A stretch of 60,194 nt of DNA, counting the filler, from Porpidia crustulata (lineage: Eukaryota), in the NCBI GenBank assembly GCA_964255105.1. It is 8 parts of 8 records of this genome, joined end to end, with 100 filler letters (N's around TTAATTAATTAA, not from the genome) between each part and the next. Parts side by side here need not be neighbours in the genome. Positions count along the whole stretch, not along the records: positions 7,549 to 14,994 come from CAXUWE010001321.1; positions 15,095 to 22,536 come from CAXUWE010001322.1; positions 22,637 to 30,077 come from CAXUWE010001323.1; 5 more parts are not named here. One strand, 5' to 3'. This document shows, in pieces, positions 11,795-23,173 of the stretch; positions within the stretch are counted from its first letter, which is position 1; every line of letters begins with the position of its first letter. The translations under genes and the position numbers were made by a program. The notes beneath the pieces were generated by a model, which saw only the letters and a list, made by a program, of their open reading frames with translations, was not told where the DNA came from and did no database searches.

Positions 11795-13740
11795 ATGCCC
11801 CCTAATCTCGATACTGCAGGTAAAATCAAACTCCTGGACTTATTGCCTGAAAGTGGCTTGGGTGGAGGCAGAAACTACAGGATCGAGGAATATTTATGGC
11901 AAAATTGCCCTGCATATAATGTAATAGAATATGTTTCTGCGCAGAGCCATCACTCTTCGTCGTCGATCATTATTGACGGCGAAGAAGTCGCTTTGGAGCC
12001 TACATTGGGACATGCTCTCTCACATCGGATGCATCACAATAGATCTCAGAAATTATGGATACAGTCGCTTTGTCTCGACTCTGTCCATGTATTGGATTCG
12101 AAGCAGCTTTCTCAGCTACAGAAACGGATCCGTACAAAGGCGGAAATGGTTATCATGTGGATCGGAAGAGATCATGAAGACGATGATATTCTAAGATATT
12201 ATCTTGGACCAGGAACCGACTCGTCGACCGAAAATGCCTTCACTACCTGCTAGAGCATAGCGGATGTCGAAGATCCAGAGCAAGACCTTCGTCAATACAT
12301 CAACGTGGAGTCGCCGCAAAGTCAGCGACCTATGCTGTGTTATTTGATGAATTTACTTTACAGATCTTGGTTCCGGAAGCTACCTGTTTTGAAGACCAAT
12401 TATCTGGACGAAATACCTTCGCTTATGGTCGGGTGTGGTACCAGGCTTACGAAGTGGGTAAGCATCAAAATCGCGGCAGAAAGAATAAGAATGATCAAGC
12501 CAATCCCGCATCTTCTGGTAGATTCGTTTCTAGAAGTCTTCGAGAGTAAGGGACATATTCGAGATTGGCTGCAAGCTCGCAAAAACTCTGGGTTCAGCAC
12601 AATCCAACTAATGTCTCAGGCGATGTGGCTCGTAGACAGGCTTCCCGAAGGACAAACTGACACCGACGCACGGAGAGATCATGTGACAGGCTTTTTGGGT
12701 ATGATAGGTGAATTATTTGGCTTGACATCCGATATACACGAGATAATTTCGCAATCAATAGAGGATTCAATTGACAAAGAAGACGCGCGAGAGCACTCTC
12801 CTTTTACGCTTGCAAGCCTGGAAAGCTCAAGCCCGCTACCAACTCCTCCCATTCGACAAGTATTGGATCCAGCTCCTGACCCAGAATATCAAGCTCCCTA
12901 CATTCATAAACCTGTGAAGATGGGTTTTCTTAACCTGCTCAAGCTTTTCCCGCAAGGCAATAGTGGCGAGACACTCGTTCAAGGAACCATAATATCTTTT
13001 CCTGTAGCTGATGTTCCACCCTTCTTCTTAGTCTGCAACGCCACATTAAAGAGCTACCGCAGGAACTCACTCATCCTCATAGATGGGCAATCTTTTCTCG
13101 TACCTGAAGCCCTCGAAGTATTCTTGCGTCGAGTCCGAGATTCAATTGACGAGCAACTATTCTTCATTTGGAGAATCTGCTGGTATCCTCAAGACGCACA
13201 TGTACTAGGAGATGAACGTGGCATAGCAGCTCTCATTACTTATACAAGCCAAGTCGCCATCATATCATCACTATGTGCGGGCTTTATTGATATGTACGAT
13301 ATTTTGACTGAGGCCGCTGAAGAGGTTGCTCACGAGCTAGAGGGAGTTTTGGATGGTGACGATTGGCTCTTGGATCTATTGGATGAGGCGCAGGTCAATG
13401 ATGCGCCAGCCACAGAACAGAGTGAAGAGGAAAAGAACAAAATGTATGTCCCAATTTTCTGGCGGTGTTATCTAAGCTTAATGGGGATTGTAGGGACCCG
13501 ATAACTTTTCAATATGCCAGGACCGAGACAAGTAATTTGAGCAACAATGAAGAGGGAAGTTTGGCTTCGAATATTGAAAAGCTCTCCTTGAACGACACGC
13601 TTGTGACTTACTTTTATGAGGTGAAAAGACCTACCAATACCACTTCGTCAATGGATGCAGGCGCCGATCCGAAGACGTGGTCCATTTCCAATGTGCTCTT
13701 ATCCGACCTCATCCACTTCAATTTGGCACCTCTCAATTAG
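11795..13740 (+). pseudogene. Protein with two tandem degenerate HET-like domains; one in-frame TAG at 12251-12253 (nonsense allele or recoded stop); 3' end uncertain
   Basis: ORFs 11795-12253 and 12305-13504 are in the same frame, separated only by TAG; domain 1 IKLLDLLP..PAYNVIEYV..IIIDGEEVALEPTLGHAL..KLWIQSLCLD..KAEMVIMWIG..RSWFRKL; domain 2 PYIHKP..LNLLKLFP..VPPFFLV..ILIDGQSFLVPEALEVFLRRVR..FFIWRICW; GTATGT..TAG intron near 13444-13492. Confidence 0.7.
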
Positions 13741-14994
13741 AGGGTGGAACGTGCTGATCGCAACAGGATTCGGCTTCGCCATGGATTGTGCCCCAGCGGA
13801 GGATATCATCAACGCACTTCGTCTACATTAAAGCGCCTAAGATACCTGTGATCACCTCTAGTTTCGGTGGAAACACTACCCCATATAAAGGCAGGGGCAA
13901 AGGCAAAGAGTGAAATCGAGATCACTCTAGAATTTTTGCCATCATTCCATGAAGACAGGCTTAAGTGATGCTGCCAGTGAAGCGATTTTACCGCCAGCGA
14001 AACGAGATCAGATATTCTAAACTCAAGATTCTGTTATTGTAACAGATACTTTCGACCTGGTTTTGACCCTGATGCCTCGCTAGTCAAATGTAAGATTCTC
14101 GAAGGTGGGTATAATTCGGGCACCTATGATATGCGTGTCAACAAAGCGTCTGCAACAGGGAACCGATCGCGCCAAAGTGCTTAGACCTTGCTGGCGCTGA
14201 AACGATCTTCTGCTATGCTTGGGCCCGGATTGTCTTATGCTCGATGGAGCTCGAATGATCCATACTTGAATACCTGCCCAGCGATGACTCTTGGCCTGAG
14301 ATTCCCGAATTGGAGTCATGAGGGCAATGAAGATTTGAAAGTCGTTGTTTCAGTCCGCACTCTTGGTGATCGATATGTTTGGGATTAAGGCGTGGCTAAA
14401 CCTTGGAGACTGCCTTCGGCTAAATCCGGTAGATCTCCTAATTCGAAGGCGAAGAAGAATTTTCTTTCACCTACGCACTTCTCATCTTTGCGCATGAGTC
14501 CATTTCCCCAAAGGATGGCCTTAGGAGTTGGATTGTTGATGACTCTGTATATTTGGTCCCTTATTGTTACCAGATCAGATCAGCCGTCAGACGAGGCATG
14601 ACCTTTGGACGCAAGCTGACTGTTAGATCCCTCACAAAGCCCCGAAACAGTACCAGTGCAATTCTATAGACCTCTGAGAATCGTTAATAGAGCCTTATAA
14701 TTAGGGTGATGCCCTTAAAGGACATGTTTTCCAAAATTTAGGTCGACATCTTAGCAGGCTGCTACATTGAGGCTATCAGGGTTGGCCGCCGACACAGCAG
14801 CCTATGACCTTCGAAACAGCTGAAAATAGCTCAAGCTTATCGATTATTCAATCTTTATATATTCTAGATCAAGAAGCGCTTAATCAGCGGCCGAAGGAAG
14901 GATTGTTGGAAGCGATTGTTAATACAGCAGTTTCTAACAATTGTTGAGATATATGATGGGCTGACTTAGGGTGAAAAGGGTTGTGGATTGAGTC

Positions 14995-15094
14995 NNNNNN
15001 NNNNNNNNNNNNNNNNNNNNNNNNNNNNNNNNNNNNNNTTAATTAATTAANNNNNNNNNNNNNNNNNNNNNNNNNNNNNNNNNNNNNNNNNNNN
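14995..15094. other. Artificial contig linker
   Basis: 44N+TTAATTAATTAA+44N. Confidence 0.98.
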
Positions 15095-15149
15095 GGGGTG
15101 GGCGCTGTCTCGTTTGAGGGTGTGTCTCGTTTGAGGGTAGACTACGTTA
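15095..15149. mobile_element. Terminal inverted repeat end of a Fot1/pogo-like (Tc1-mariner) DNA transposon at a contig edge
   Basis: Reverse complement reads TA|ACGTAGTCTACCCTCAAACGAGACACACCCTCAAACGAGACA: ACGT terminus, TA target site and a duplicated internal 16-mer TGTCTCGTTTGAGGGT, as in fungal pogo-type TIRs. Confidence 0.6.
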
Positions 15150-15387
15150 CTCTACCGGCTAGGACTGATTGATCATAGTTCGCTGGTCGAATGGGTGACT
15201 CGACGAGGTGATTTCCTATTTCCGGCACCAAAGTTGACGACGCGTGGAACAGCACCGAGAAAATCCTCAAATCAGGCGCCTGTTTCACCGACACACGAGA
15301 TATCCGCGCGTTCACGTGACATTCTATGCATTTCATGGCAACGCCTTTGAAACTTAGCTAGCTTTCGCAATCAAGACCGACCCACCT

Positions 15388-16180
15388 TCACCAAGGTTAC
15401 ACCCCATCCTTGTGAACGAACTTACCCGCATCCGCGTCCCGCTCCCCACGGAGAATACTCAACACCATCTCCCTGGAGACCTCGGGGTCACTCGCCTTGC
15501 CCCATCCGCTCCGAGCCTCGTCGCTTGTGCCTCGCAAGTTCGACACCACAAAGCTAGGACACACGGCGAAGACCTTTAGGTATTGCGGGCCGAGTTGAAA
15601 TGTGTCCTGGGTGACGAGCATGTTGAGGGTGGCCTTGCTGGATCGGTATCCTTCGCCATTGGGAGGGCCGCGGGAGGACGGTGAAGCCGAGTTAGAAGCT
15701 TTGGTCGGCGAACCGACGCCGCTACTCACGTAGACGGAGTATGAGTTTTAGGCCTTGAGCAACAACGGTCGGAAAGCTGCGGCGACCACGGCGGGTCCGA
15801 TGAGGTTGGTTTCCATACAGAGTTGCATACCAGCTTCGATGTCTGGGTCTCTACTGCCGACGACCGCGTTGTTGACTAGTATGTGTAGTAGTCCAAGGTA
15901 TTCTTGAATAGGCGTCGCAGCCTGTTCAATTGATTTTTTGTCGGTGACGTCCAGCTGAATGGCGGACAAGGAGCCTTTGATACCTGCCTTCTCGATTTTC
16001 ACTTTCTCCAGAGACCGGCCGGTCATGATGACATGAGGTCCTCCGATGCGCTTGTGATCACCTTCGCTGTAGCGTAGCCCACGCCGGAGTTGGCTCCTAC
16101 ACTACGTCTCAGCAAGCGATCAAATTTGAAATGTAGGGTCTCATGATCTTACCAGTAATGTGGATGTTGATTGGGAACAT
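15388..16180 (-). pseudogene. Short-chain dehydrogenase/reductase pseudogene
   Basis: ITG|ANSGVG Rossmann motif, QLDVTD, LVNNA, YxxxK (YRSSK); lesions: 1-nt frameshift before HVIMTGRS (~16035), TAA at 15748-15750, and TAA in the terminal GV*PW (expected YPW). Confidence 0.88.
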
Positions 16181-16983
16181 CTGTTGAGATGCTGGTGGCT
16201 CAAGCCTTTCATATAATGCCAAGTCTTCTTGATTCGATTGAAGTAGCCAGCCGCGTATTTGTGTGGAAGCGGCCTCGACTTACAGACAGTTGACACCGTC
16301 TATCATGAATGGCAATTGAAATGTTGCAATCATCGATCCATTTGGGGAGAAATGGATGCGAGACTAACATTAGAGTATAATCTTATCAACCTCTACGACG
16401 GAATTAGAATTTCAACCCTTTACCCACGGGATCATGTGCCCGAAACATCATGGGAGATTCCCTCATATGTCTCCCCGCCGGGTTGATCGTGGGCTTCACC
16501 ATTTTGCGAAAGTCCGTTGGTAGGTCGAGGTGCCCAACTGCTCTGGTAGATAGATAGATCAGCCTACAGTAGTCGTGATGTGGCAGTCATCGGGATGTTC
16601 ACGTCTTACTCCGTGTAATTGATCCAGGATAATCGTAGAAAGTTGCGTTTGAGCTCAGTGGTATTACTGCAAAATGTCGATCTCGACCAGATGAATGGTT
16701 GGCTACCCGAGCAGTCCTGCCATAGCATCACGTAAGGTGCCATTTTTACCAGACTCCTACATTAAGTATGGACAATGTCAGTCAGTCTATTGAATTCTGG
16801 GAGAACCAATGGAAACTTACACAGAAAGGAGCTAATCCGTTTCAGGAGAAACCGTGCGAGGATGGAAAATCCGGGTCCAAGAGCAGAGTCTGCCTTTCCC
16901 AGTTTTCGAGGGTTTGGGAAGTAAGTCGGTTTCAACAGCGTTGCTTATCAGCACCGCCAATTGATTGCCCATTTCATGCCAAT

Positions 16984-18540
16984 TCAGAGCATGGCCCATT
17001 GATCCGTTTCTGCAGACTCGAGAACGCCATTGCCTGTTATTCTCCCGAGATTTGCAAGCTGAGACCTGAACCATAGCCGCTGCCGCACATCTATTCCTTC
17101 CAGGCTCGAAGCAATGCTCAACGGCCATACTACCAAAGAGGCTGAGTATGGCTTGATATCCTCCTTTGTGTTCAGCGTGACTGAAGCTTGGTGAACGGAT
17201 GAGCTGGGATTAGCTACCGTGAATCTTTCGATACAAAAAGGAATGGTAGATGCTAGGTCATCAGACATTGCCTTTAATTGAGTGATACATTCTGGTTGCT
17301 GCTCTTGGTACGTGAAGTCTGAATGCGAGCCGTGACAATTCAGTGCTAGAATCTTTAAACGAATACTGTTAATGAGCATTCTTGCGGCAAAATATTGGCT
17401 CCAGATCACGGCATCTTCAGGTCTTGAATAGCTGTAGACTATCATGGAATAGAAATTTCTCCTCTGCGAAGCATCAAGTTCGGGGAGAACATGTCGCCGG
17501 TAGGAACGTTTGCTGGGTATTAGGATTGCCCAATCTTGCAACGCCTTATTGAGTTCCCAAGCTTCAGTATTTAGATCCTCGGTCTTTATAGTCTGTAGAT
17601 AAGGTCTCTGCTGAATGTTGCTGAATGCATAATATAAATTGACGATTCGAACAAAAATGCGATCATACTTAAGCTCTAGGTCATGCTCGCCGAATCGAGT
17701 ACCATCTAGTATCCAGTCTGGCAACTGAAGATTCCTAAGCAGACATGTTCTGATCAATCCCCTTCTAATTTGCTTGATAATGAAAGTTGCAGAATTGTGA
17801 TTTAAGTTGTCATTCCAAATTTTCAAAATTGCCATGGCCCCATCATGATGCGACCAGCTCTGCAGCGATGTCAACGAGCGATTCGAACTGCAATTGCCTG
17901 GGCGGTGTGTTGCACCTTCGTACCGGCCCATGATAAGAACCGCAAGCAAGCAGGCGTCGATGCTGTATTCATCCGAAGCTAGGATTCCTACTTGTGGAAT
18001 CCGCTTTTGCGCAACCTGCAAAAGGCGGTGATACCGTGAAGAAGCCGCTGTAGCGGCTGACGGATGACATTGGGTTCGGGAGAAAATAATCAGGGCCATG
18101 GAAGAGAGTGCAAGATCCACCATGGGACATATCCTTCCAGAAATTCTCCATGCAGATACACATTCCGACAAGCCTCCCGATATACTATTTGGTACGTCTG
18201 ACGGTGTCTGCAAGTGGTATTGTCGGTAGTATGCAAGAGCGCATGTTTGCAGATCAAAATTTGGACGTAGCACAGTCAAGCTTGAGCGAGGTCCTCTCGG
18301 TCGCTTGGTTTCCCCGCTTGCATAACAATTCTCGAGGTGAATCGAAAAGGAAGCTTGTTTGGCAGTGCTCGCTCCGAGGCAGATTCGATGGGACTTTGTG
18401 CATCTCTGACAGGTCGGTTGGGCCTCATCGCACTAAAGCCGCGGGTCAGCTACTGCCTTCTTGAAAGAAGACTGTGCTACTTCGCTTGCCTTGATTCGAC
18501 GAATCTTGCAAGTCTGGCATGCTGCGCTCGGGAATGGCAT
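16984..18540 (-). CDS. Zn(II)2Cys6 transcription factor (2 exons; GC-AG intron 18433-18489)
   Basis: Spliced MPFPSAACQTCKIRRIK|CDEAQPTCQRCTKSHRICLG continues in frame into the 431-aa ORF with a fungal TF-type C-terminal region (HHDGAMAILK). Confidence 0.88.
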
Positions 18541-18836
18541 GACTTGCGATACAACTTGCTTTTGACGTGACCCTCACTGACTGCCGATGGGGGTTTGGCC
18601 AGAATAGAGTCAATGTGTTGAATGTTAAACGAATTTCTACAACCTTCTGACAGCAGGACCGACTTTTCGAGAGGCATTCAATTCTGGAAGTGGAAGAGCT
18701 TTAACTATCTACAACGTCCACGCCTTCAATGACGTCTTTTTGATGCCCAGCTTCGCGAATCTGATGTTAAAAGTCTGCAACGTAGGTACCTTACTTTTCT
18801 GCACATATCTCAATGCTAGTTGGGTACAATAAAGAT

Positions 18837-19344
18837 GGGGTCGCAGCCTGGCTGGGGTTGGAAATTTCTTGGACGGGGTTGAAAACTAAAGTTGAATGCG
18901 GGCTGAACCGGACTAAAACCTCGACTAGGGTTCAGAACAGAACATATACATAGCATATACAAAGCATATACATTACATATACACAGCATATGCAAGACAT
19001 ATAATAGAATATTAAGAAACTGTGTGTGAATTCTGATGAACATAGATTTAAAATATGTTAAAATATTATTTAAATATTAATGTTTACGTTCAGCATATGC
19101 TGAGCATGTGTTTCATGATATTCATATTAACGAAATCACATATCTGAAATTTAAATGACATGTGCTCTGCATATGCTCTGTATATGCTATGTACATGCTA
19201 TGTACATGCTCTATATTTCTGTGTTCATTCAGGGTTGAGTTCAGCATATGCTCAACATTCACGACTTCGTCGCGGGTCAAGATTTAACGCTAGCGTTTTC
19301 AACCCGTGGCTAACTATTTCCAACCCCTCCCGAGCTGCGACCCG
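18837..19344. mobile_element. Non-autonomous Mutator-like (MULE) MITE
   Basis: TIRs GGGGTCGCAGCCTGGCTGGGGTTGGAAAT...GGGTTGAAAAC and GTTTTCAACCC...ATTTCCAACCCCTCCCGAGCTGCGACCCG; 9-bp TSD AATAAAGAT (18828-18836) / AATAAAGAC (19345-19353); AT-rich core with inverted 11-bp subrepeats. Confidence 0.85.
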
Positions 19345-19658
19345 AATAAAGACCGCAGACGTCTAATTGTATACTGCCACATCGCTTTATGACTAGGGGT
19401 GTTTACCAGTAATAAGATGTTGAGATTCTACAGATTTATAAATCATCTACGACCATCTCAAATTATGTAATTTATCTACAATGTGAGAGGAGTACGCATA
19501 ACATCAATCGGAAGCACGATATGTCAAGACTCAACCGACCATGTGGAAATGTCAACGGAGCAATGATCTCAATAGATTTGTGAATCGTGTTTTTTGCTAG
19601 AGAGTGTACACTATTCCCACAACCGCAACCAAGGAACTTGATCTGGAGCCTCACTATT

Positions 19659-20342
19659 TCAGTGTTGAGCAGTCGCGAACGCCTTCTTCGCCGACTCGCG
19701 CGAAGTCATCTTGCCAAGCCACTCCTTGACATGCGGAAAATCGTCCTCGTTGTACTCGTCCTTCATAATTACCATACCGATAGTTCTCTGCCACGGGATA
19801 AATGCGATGTCTGCGTAGGATAGCTTGTTGCCAACGAGCCACGGTCCATCGCTACCAGCGCTGCCGCCTTGTTCCTGTTTCTGCTGAGCCAGGTGCGCCT
19901 CCAAGACGCCCGATACCCGATTGACTTCTTTGAAGTAGCGCTCCTGTGCACTGGGCAGTTGTTCTGGGTGGAATTTCTTGAACCAGGCCGCCTGGCCGTA
20001 GTATGGGCCTTGTCCGCTCGTCTGGAAGAAGAGCCACTGCTTTGCAAGATATGACTCCGGTGTTCCTGAGGCAAAACTCAATTGATGCTTCGTGTCGTAG
20101 CGCTCGACCAGATACTCGATAATTGCGCCGGACTCCCATAGAGTGATACCGGTATTGGGGTCATGGATGGCTGGTATGCGACCATTAGGATTAATGGCGA
20201 GGTACTCGGGCTTTTTGACATCCGCGAAAGAGATCGAGACAACTTCGAAAGGAAGACCGAATTCTTCCAAGAAAATGCGGACTTTGAGCGGATTGGGACC
20301 CCCTCCACCCCAGAGCTTGATTGGTTTGGCTTGTGCCGACAT
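19659..20342 (-). CDS. Glutathione S-transferase, Ure2p-like class (intronless)
   Basis: GPNPLKV, INPNGRIPAIHD, LWESGAIIEYL, QWLFFQTSGQGPYYGQ, WLVGNKLSYADIAF. Confidence 0.95.
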   Translation of the reverse strand: MSAQAKPIKLWGGGGPNPLKVRIFLEEFGLPFEVVSISFADVKKPEYLAINPNGRIPAIHDPNTGITLWESGAIIEYLVERYDTKHQLSFASGTPESYLAKQWLFFQTSGQGPYYGQAAWFKKFHPEQLPSAQERYFKEVNRVSGVLEAHLAQQKQEQGGSAGSDGPWLVGNKLSYADIAFIPWQRTIGMVIMKDEYNEDDFPHVKEWLGKMTSRESAKKAFATAQH

Positions 20343-22128
20343 TGTCTCTCGGGTTTGCTTTTGACGTGAGTGGCGACAAGTCCTGGTGATAAGCTAGTTA
20401 GACTTGAAAGTACGTGCTTTGTCTCGCAATTCTCGTCGAACAGTATGAATGGGACAGTTATATATGTCTTCAAGATGTATTTACTCACCGTCAATTCATT
20501 TCCTGCAGGATCTACTTTACAAAGCGGGATAGCTGTAGATTACAAACGCATCTTAACTAAGTGCCGCCAACGAAGGGGACCAGCCGTTTGTGTGATAAAT
20601 CGTGTCGGATCCGGGTTCATCTGATATACGAGCACAGTGTGAGTGAAAGGCTCGGCCACTTCGGGCAGTGAAACATTAATCATCTCGCAGAGTTACTCTA
20701 GAAGCGGACTAGCTTTAGGGCTTAATCTGCCGTGATTACTGACCCATACGTAAATACGTACGTAAGTTACTTAAGCCTCAATCAAGGATCACATGGCGTT
20801 ATCAAAAGTCACTGGAGGAGTTCAATGATGGGGGTCGCGCTGAACGGCTCCAATGACTTTGACTACCCCAAAATTACGCTGCCAATGCGGGGTTTCGATT
20901 AGTTTGGAAACAATTTCATACGAGACCTGGACTAGCATCGACTTCATGATTATCCTCCCGCCTCCCACAATAACTTCGTAATCACAACAATCCGCCGACA
21001 CCTCTTTCTCAGCATCCTCATCTCCCGTCATCTCCAGTAAGAGATTTGGGGAAGATGAGGTATCTGAAAATTGAGAGTGGACATGATCCTGTCTCCTCCG
21101 TTCCACCCGTCACCCTCCAACCGTATGGATCCACCATGATATAATCCTCTAACGACCACTCAGCTCAGAGGCACAATGTCTCTAACATTGCTTGGTCCTT
21201 TACTCGGAGATTTCTTGATCGTGTCGTTGATCTCATGTTTCGAATTGGAAGATCATAGAGACCCGGACGGGTTGAGCCTCAGGATGAGACAGGACTCGTG
21301 ACCAATCATCGTACAGGTTGCTTCAGCTGCCAATGACGTTGTGATAGGATTACAGATCTGATGTTGCCCACGGCACTACACGCGTACAGATCTCACTCCA
21401 TCAACATTTTTCTCGCTTGATCTTCAATCGAAGGTCAATTTCCATCAGATATATGTCCTTCCTAATTTGACAGAAGAGCTTTGATCTTCAGAGGCAATAC
21501 TACCATCCTAGTCAACTTGAATTGACTTTCTCTCCTGCAGTCTTATGCTTCGTCGATCAACTCAAAGGTTGATGAGCGATTTGACCATTCTGCACCCTGT
21601 ACAGCGTTGTGCACAATGCGATGGCTTCATTTCGCTGTCTTCTTACCCAATTCTGGAATCCCTCAAATTCTTGCATGCATTCTTCGTGGCCTAGGGAAGT
21701 TCTCCAACTGACCTAGACATTGGGCAACCAACTGCGACGGGTCATCAGGGGGAGCATTCCGTTTGCTCAAGCCGCGTTTCTAAAGCCATTAGAGCGTCCC
21801 TATACCGCTACTACCCGAAAAGGAAGGCCTTAATGTGCACACATCCATGAAGCGGCGATCATATTTTGGGGCTTCAGAGGCAGAACGTTTCTCTACCGTG
21901 GTCAGACATATGGAAGATCTGAAGCTATTTCGTCAGTCCTGTAATAGATTGCAGTGCAACTATCAGCCGCTATAAATGCCAAATCCAAATATATGCATTT
22001 AATTTAGCACAGATGATTGAGATTATGGGCTCATCAATCATTGTTCGTCTTATAAGTATGTACCTCCCAGAGGATGGCTCGCTCATCAACTTGACATATT
22101 CCAACGCACACCGGACACCTCCACCATC

Positions 22129-22536
22129 ATGTTTCTCACCGTTCTATCAACTTTGGCATTTGCCCTGTTGGCCCAATGTCAAATGTTCCAGAGTCCTGTT
22201 CGAAGCCCAGGAGCTGACCCACACATGGTAACATTTGGGGGGGCCTACTACCTAACCAACACGCAAGGCTCCTTCATCTCCGTAACTCGATCAAAAACAA
22301 TCGGAGGCTTACTGGACGGCGACACCAGAACAGTCTGGACAGACACAGACCCCAGCCGTAATGCAAACTTTTGGGCTCCAGAAATGCACATGATCGACGG
22401 AATGTGAGTAGGCCGTCCAATCCTACCAAATCCTGCCCTTCCTGACCCCGATCCCAGTTGGCACATCTTTTACACCGCCGGCAACGGCGATATCGGCTCT
22501 GGCCAACGCTCTTTTGTCCTTGAAGGCTGCCCCTCC
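22129..22536 (+). CDS. Secreted glycoside hydrolase family 43 (arabinofuranosidase/xylosidase-like), 3'-truncated at contig end
   Basis: Signal peptide, GADPHM, YYLTNT, FWAPEMHMIDG|WHIFYTAG. Confidence 0.85.
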
Positions 22537-22636
22537 NNNNNNNNNNNNNNNNNNNNNNNNNNNNNNNNNNNNNNNNNNNNTTAATTAATTAANNNNNNNN
22601 NNNNNNNNNNNNNNNNNNNNNNNNNNNNNNNNNNNN
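22537..22636. other. Artificial contig linker
   Basis: 44N+TTAATTAATTAA+44N. Confidence 0.98.
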
Positions 22637-23173
22637 CTAGAGATGGGTATTTGTTATTAACCAAGGCAACATTCTCGTTCGAAGCCTTTGGCTAGTCATC
22701 CTTGGGTTTTTCCACCTGGTGTAGATATTCACCTGATCTTGGGTCCTGGTGGAGGAGTTCGCCATCATATCAAGAAGTCGTGCTTGTGTGATGTCGAAAT
22801 ACTAAAACTTCAAAATTCTAGGGTATTTGCCAGACCGATGAGGAGCTCCCATGGATCAGCAATGGGCTTGGTTCGAAATCTGGTCTTTATTCTACGTCGT
22901 ATGCTCTTGTAGAGAGAATAAAACCAAACTAGATAAATCCATTTGATCGATGATGAGGCGTCTCCGTACTAGTCACTATACTGCGAAGTGCGATGAACTG
23001 GGGCCTGATAGGCACTCAAGTCTAATCCAGGATGAAGTTGACGCGTCGGGTAGAACGCGGCAAAGGCAACGACATCTGTACTATCATTTCTATCTAGATA
23101 AATCTAACCCTCCTATGATTTATTTCATATGTTTCCTTGCTGGCCATCATGATAAGTATACAATTACGATTCC

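Noticed and set aside
14050..14994. Coding-like stretch with scattered stops downstream of the HET pair
   Set aside because: No recognisable family or consistent frame; possibly a decayed gene or TE but unsupported without a search
20800..21900. Possible gene relic between GST and GH43
   Set aside because: Multiple stops in all frames and no identifiable motif
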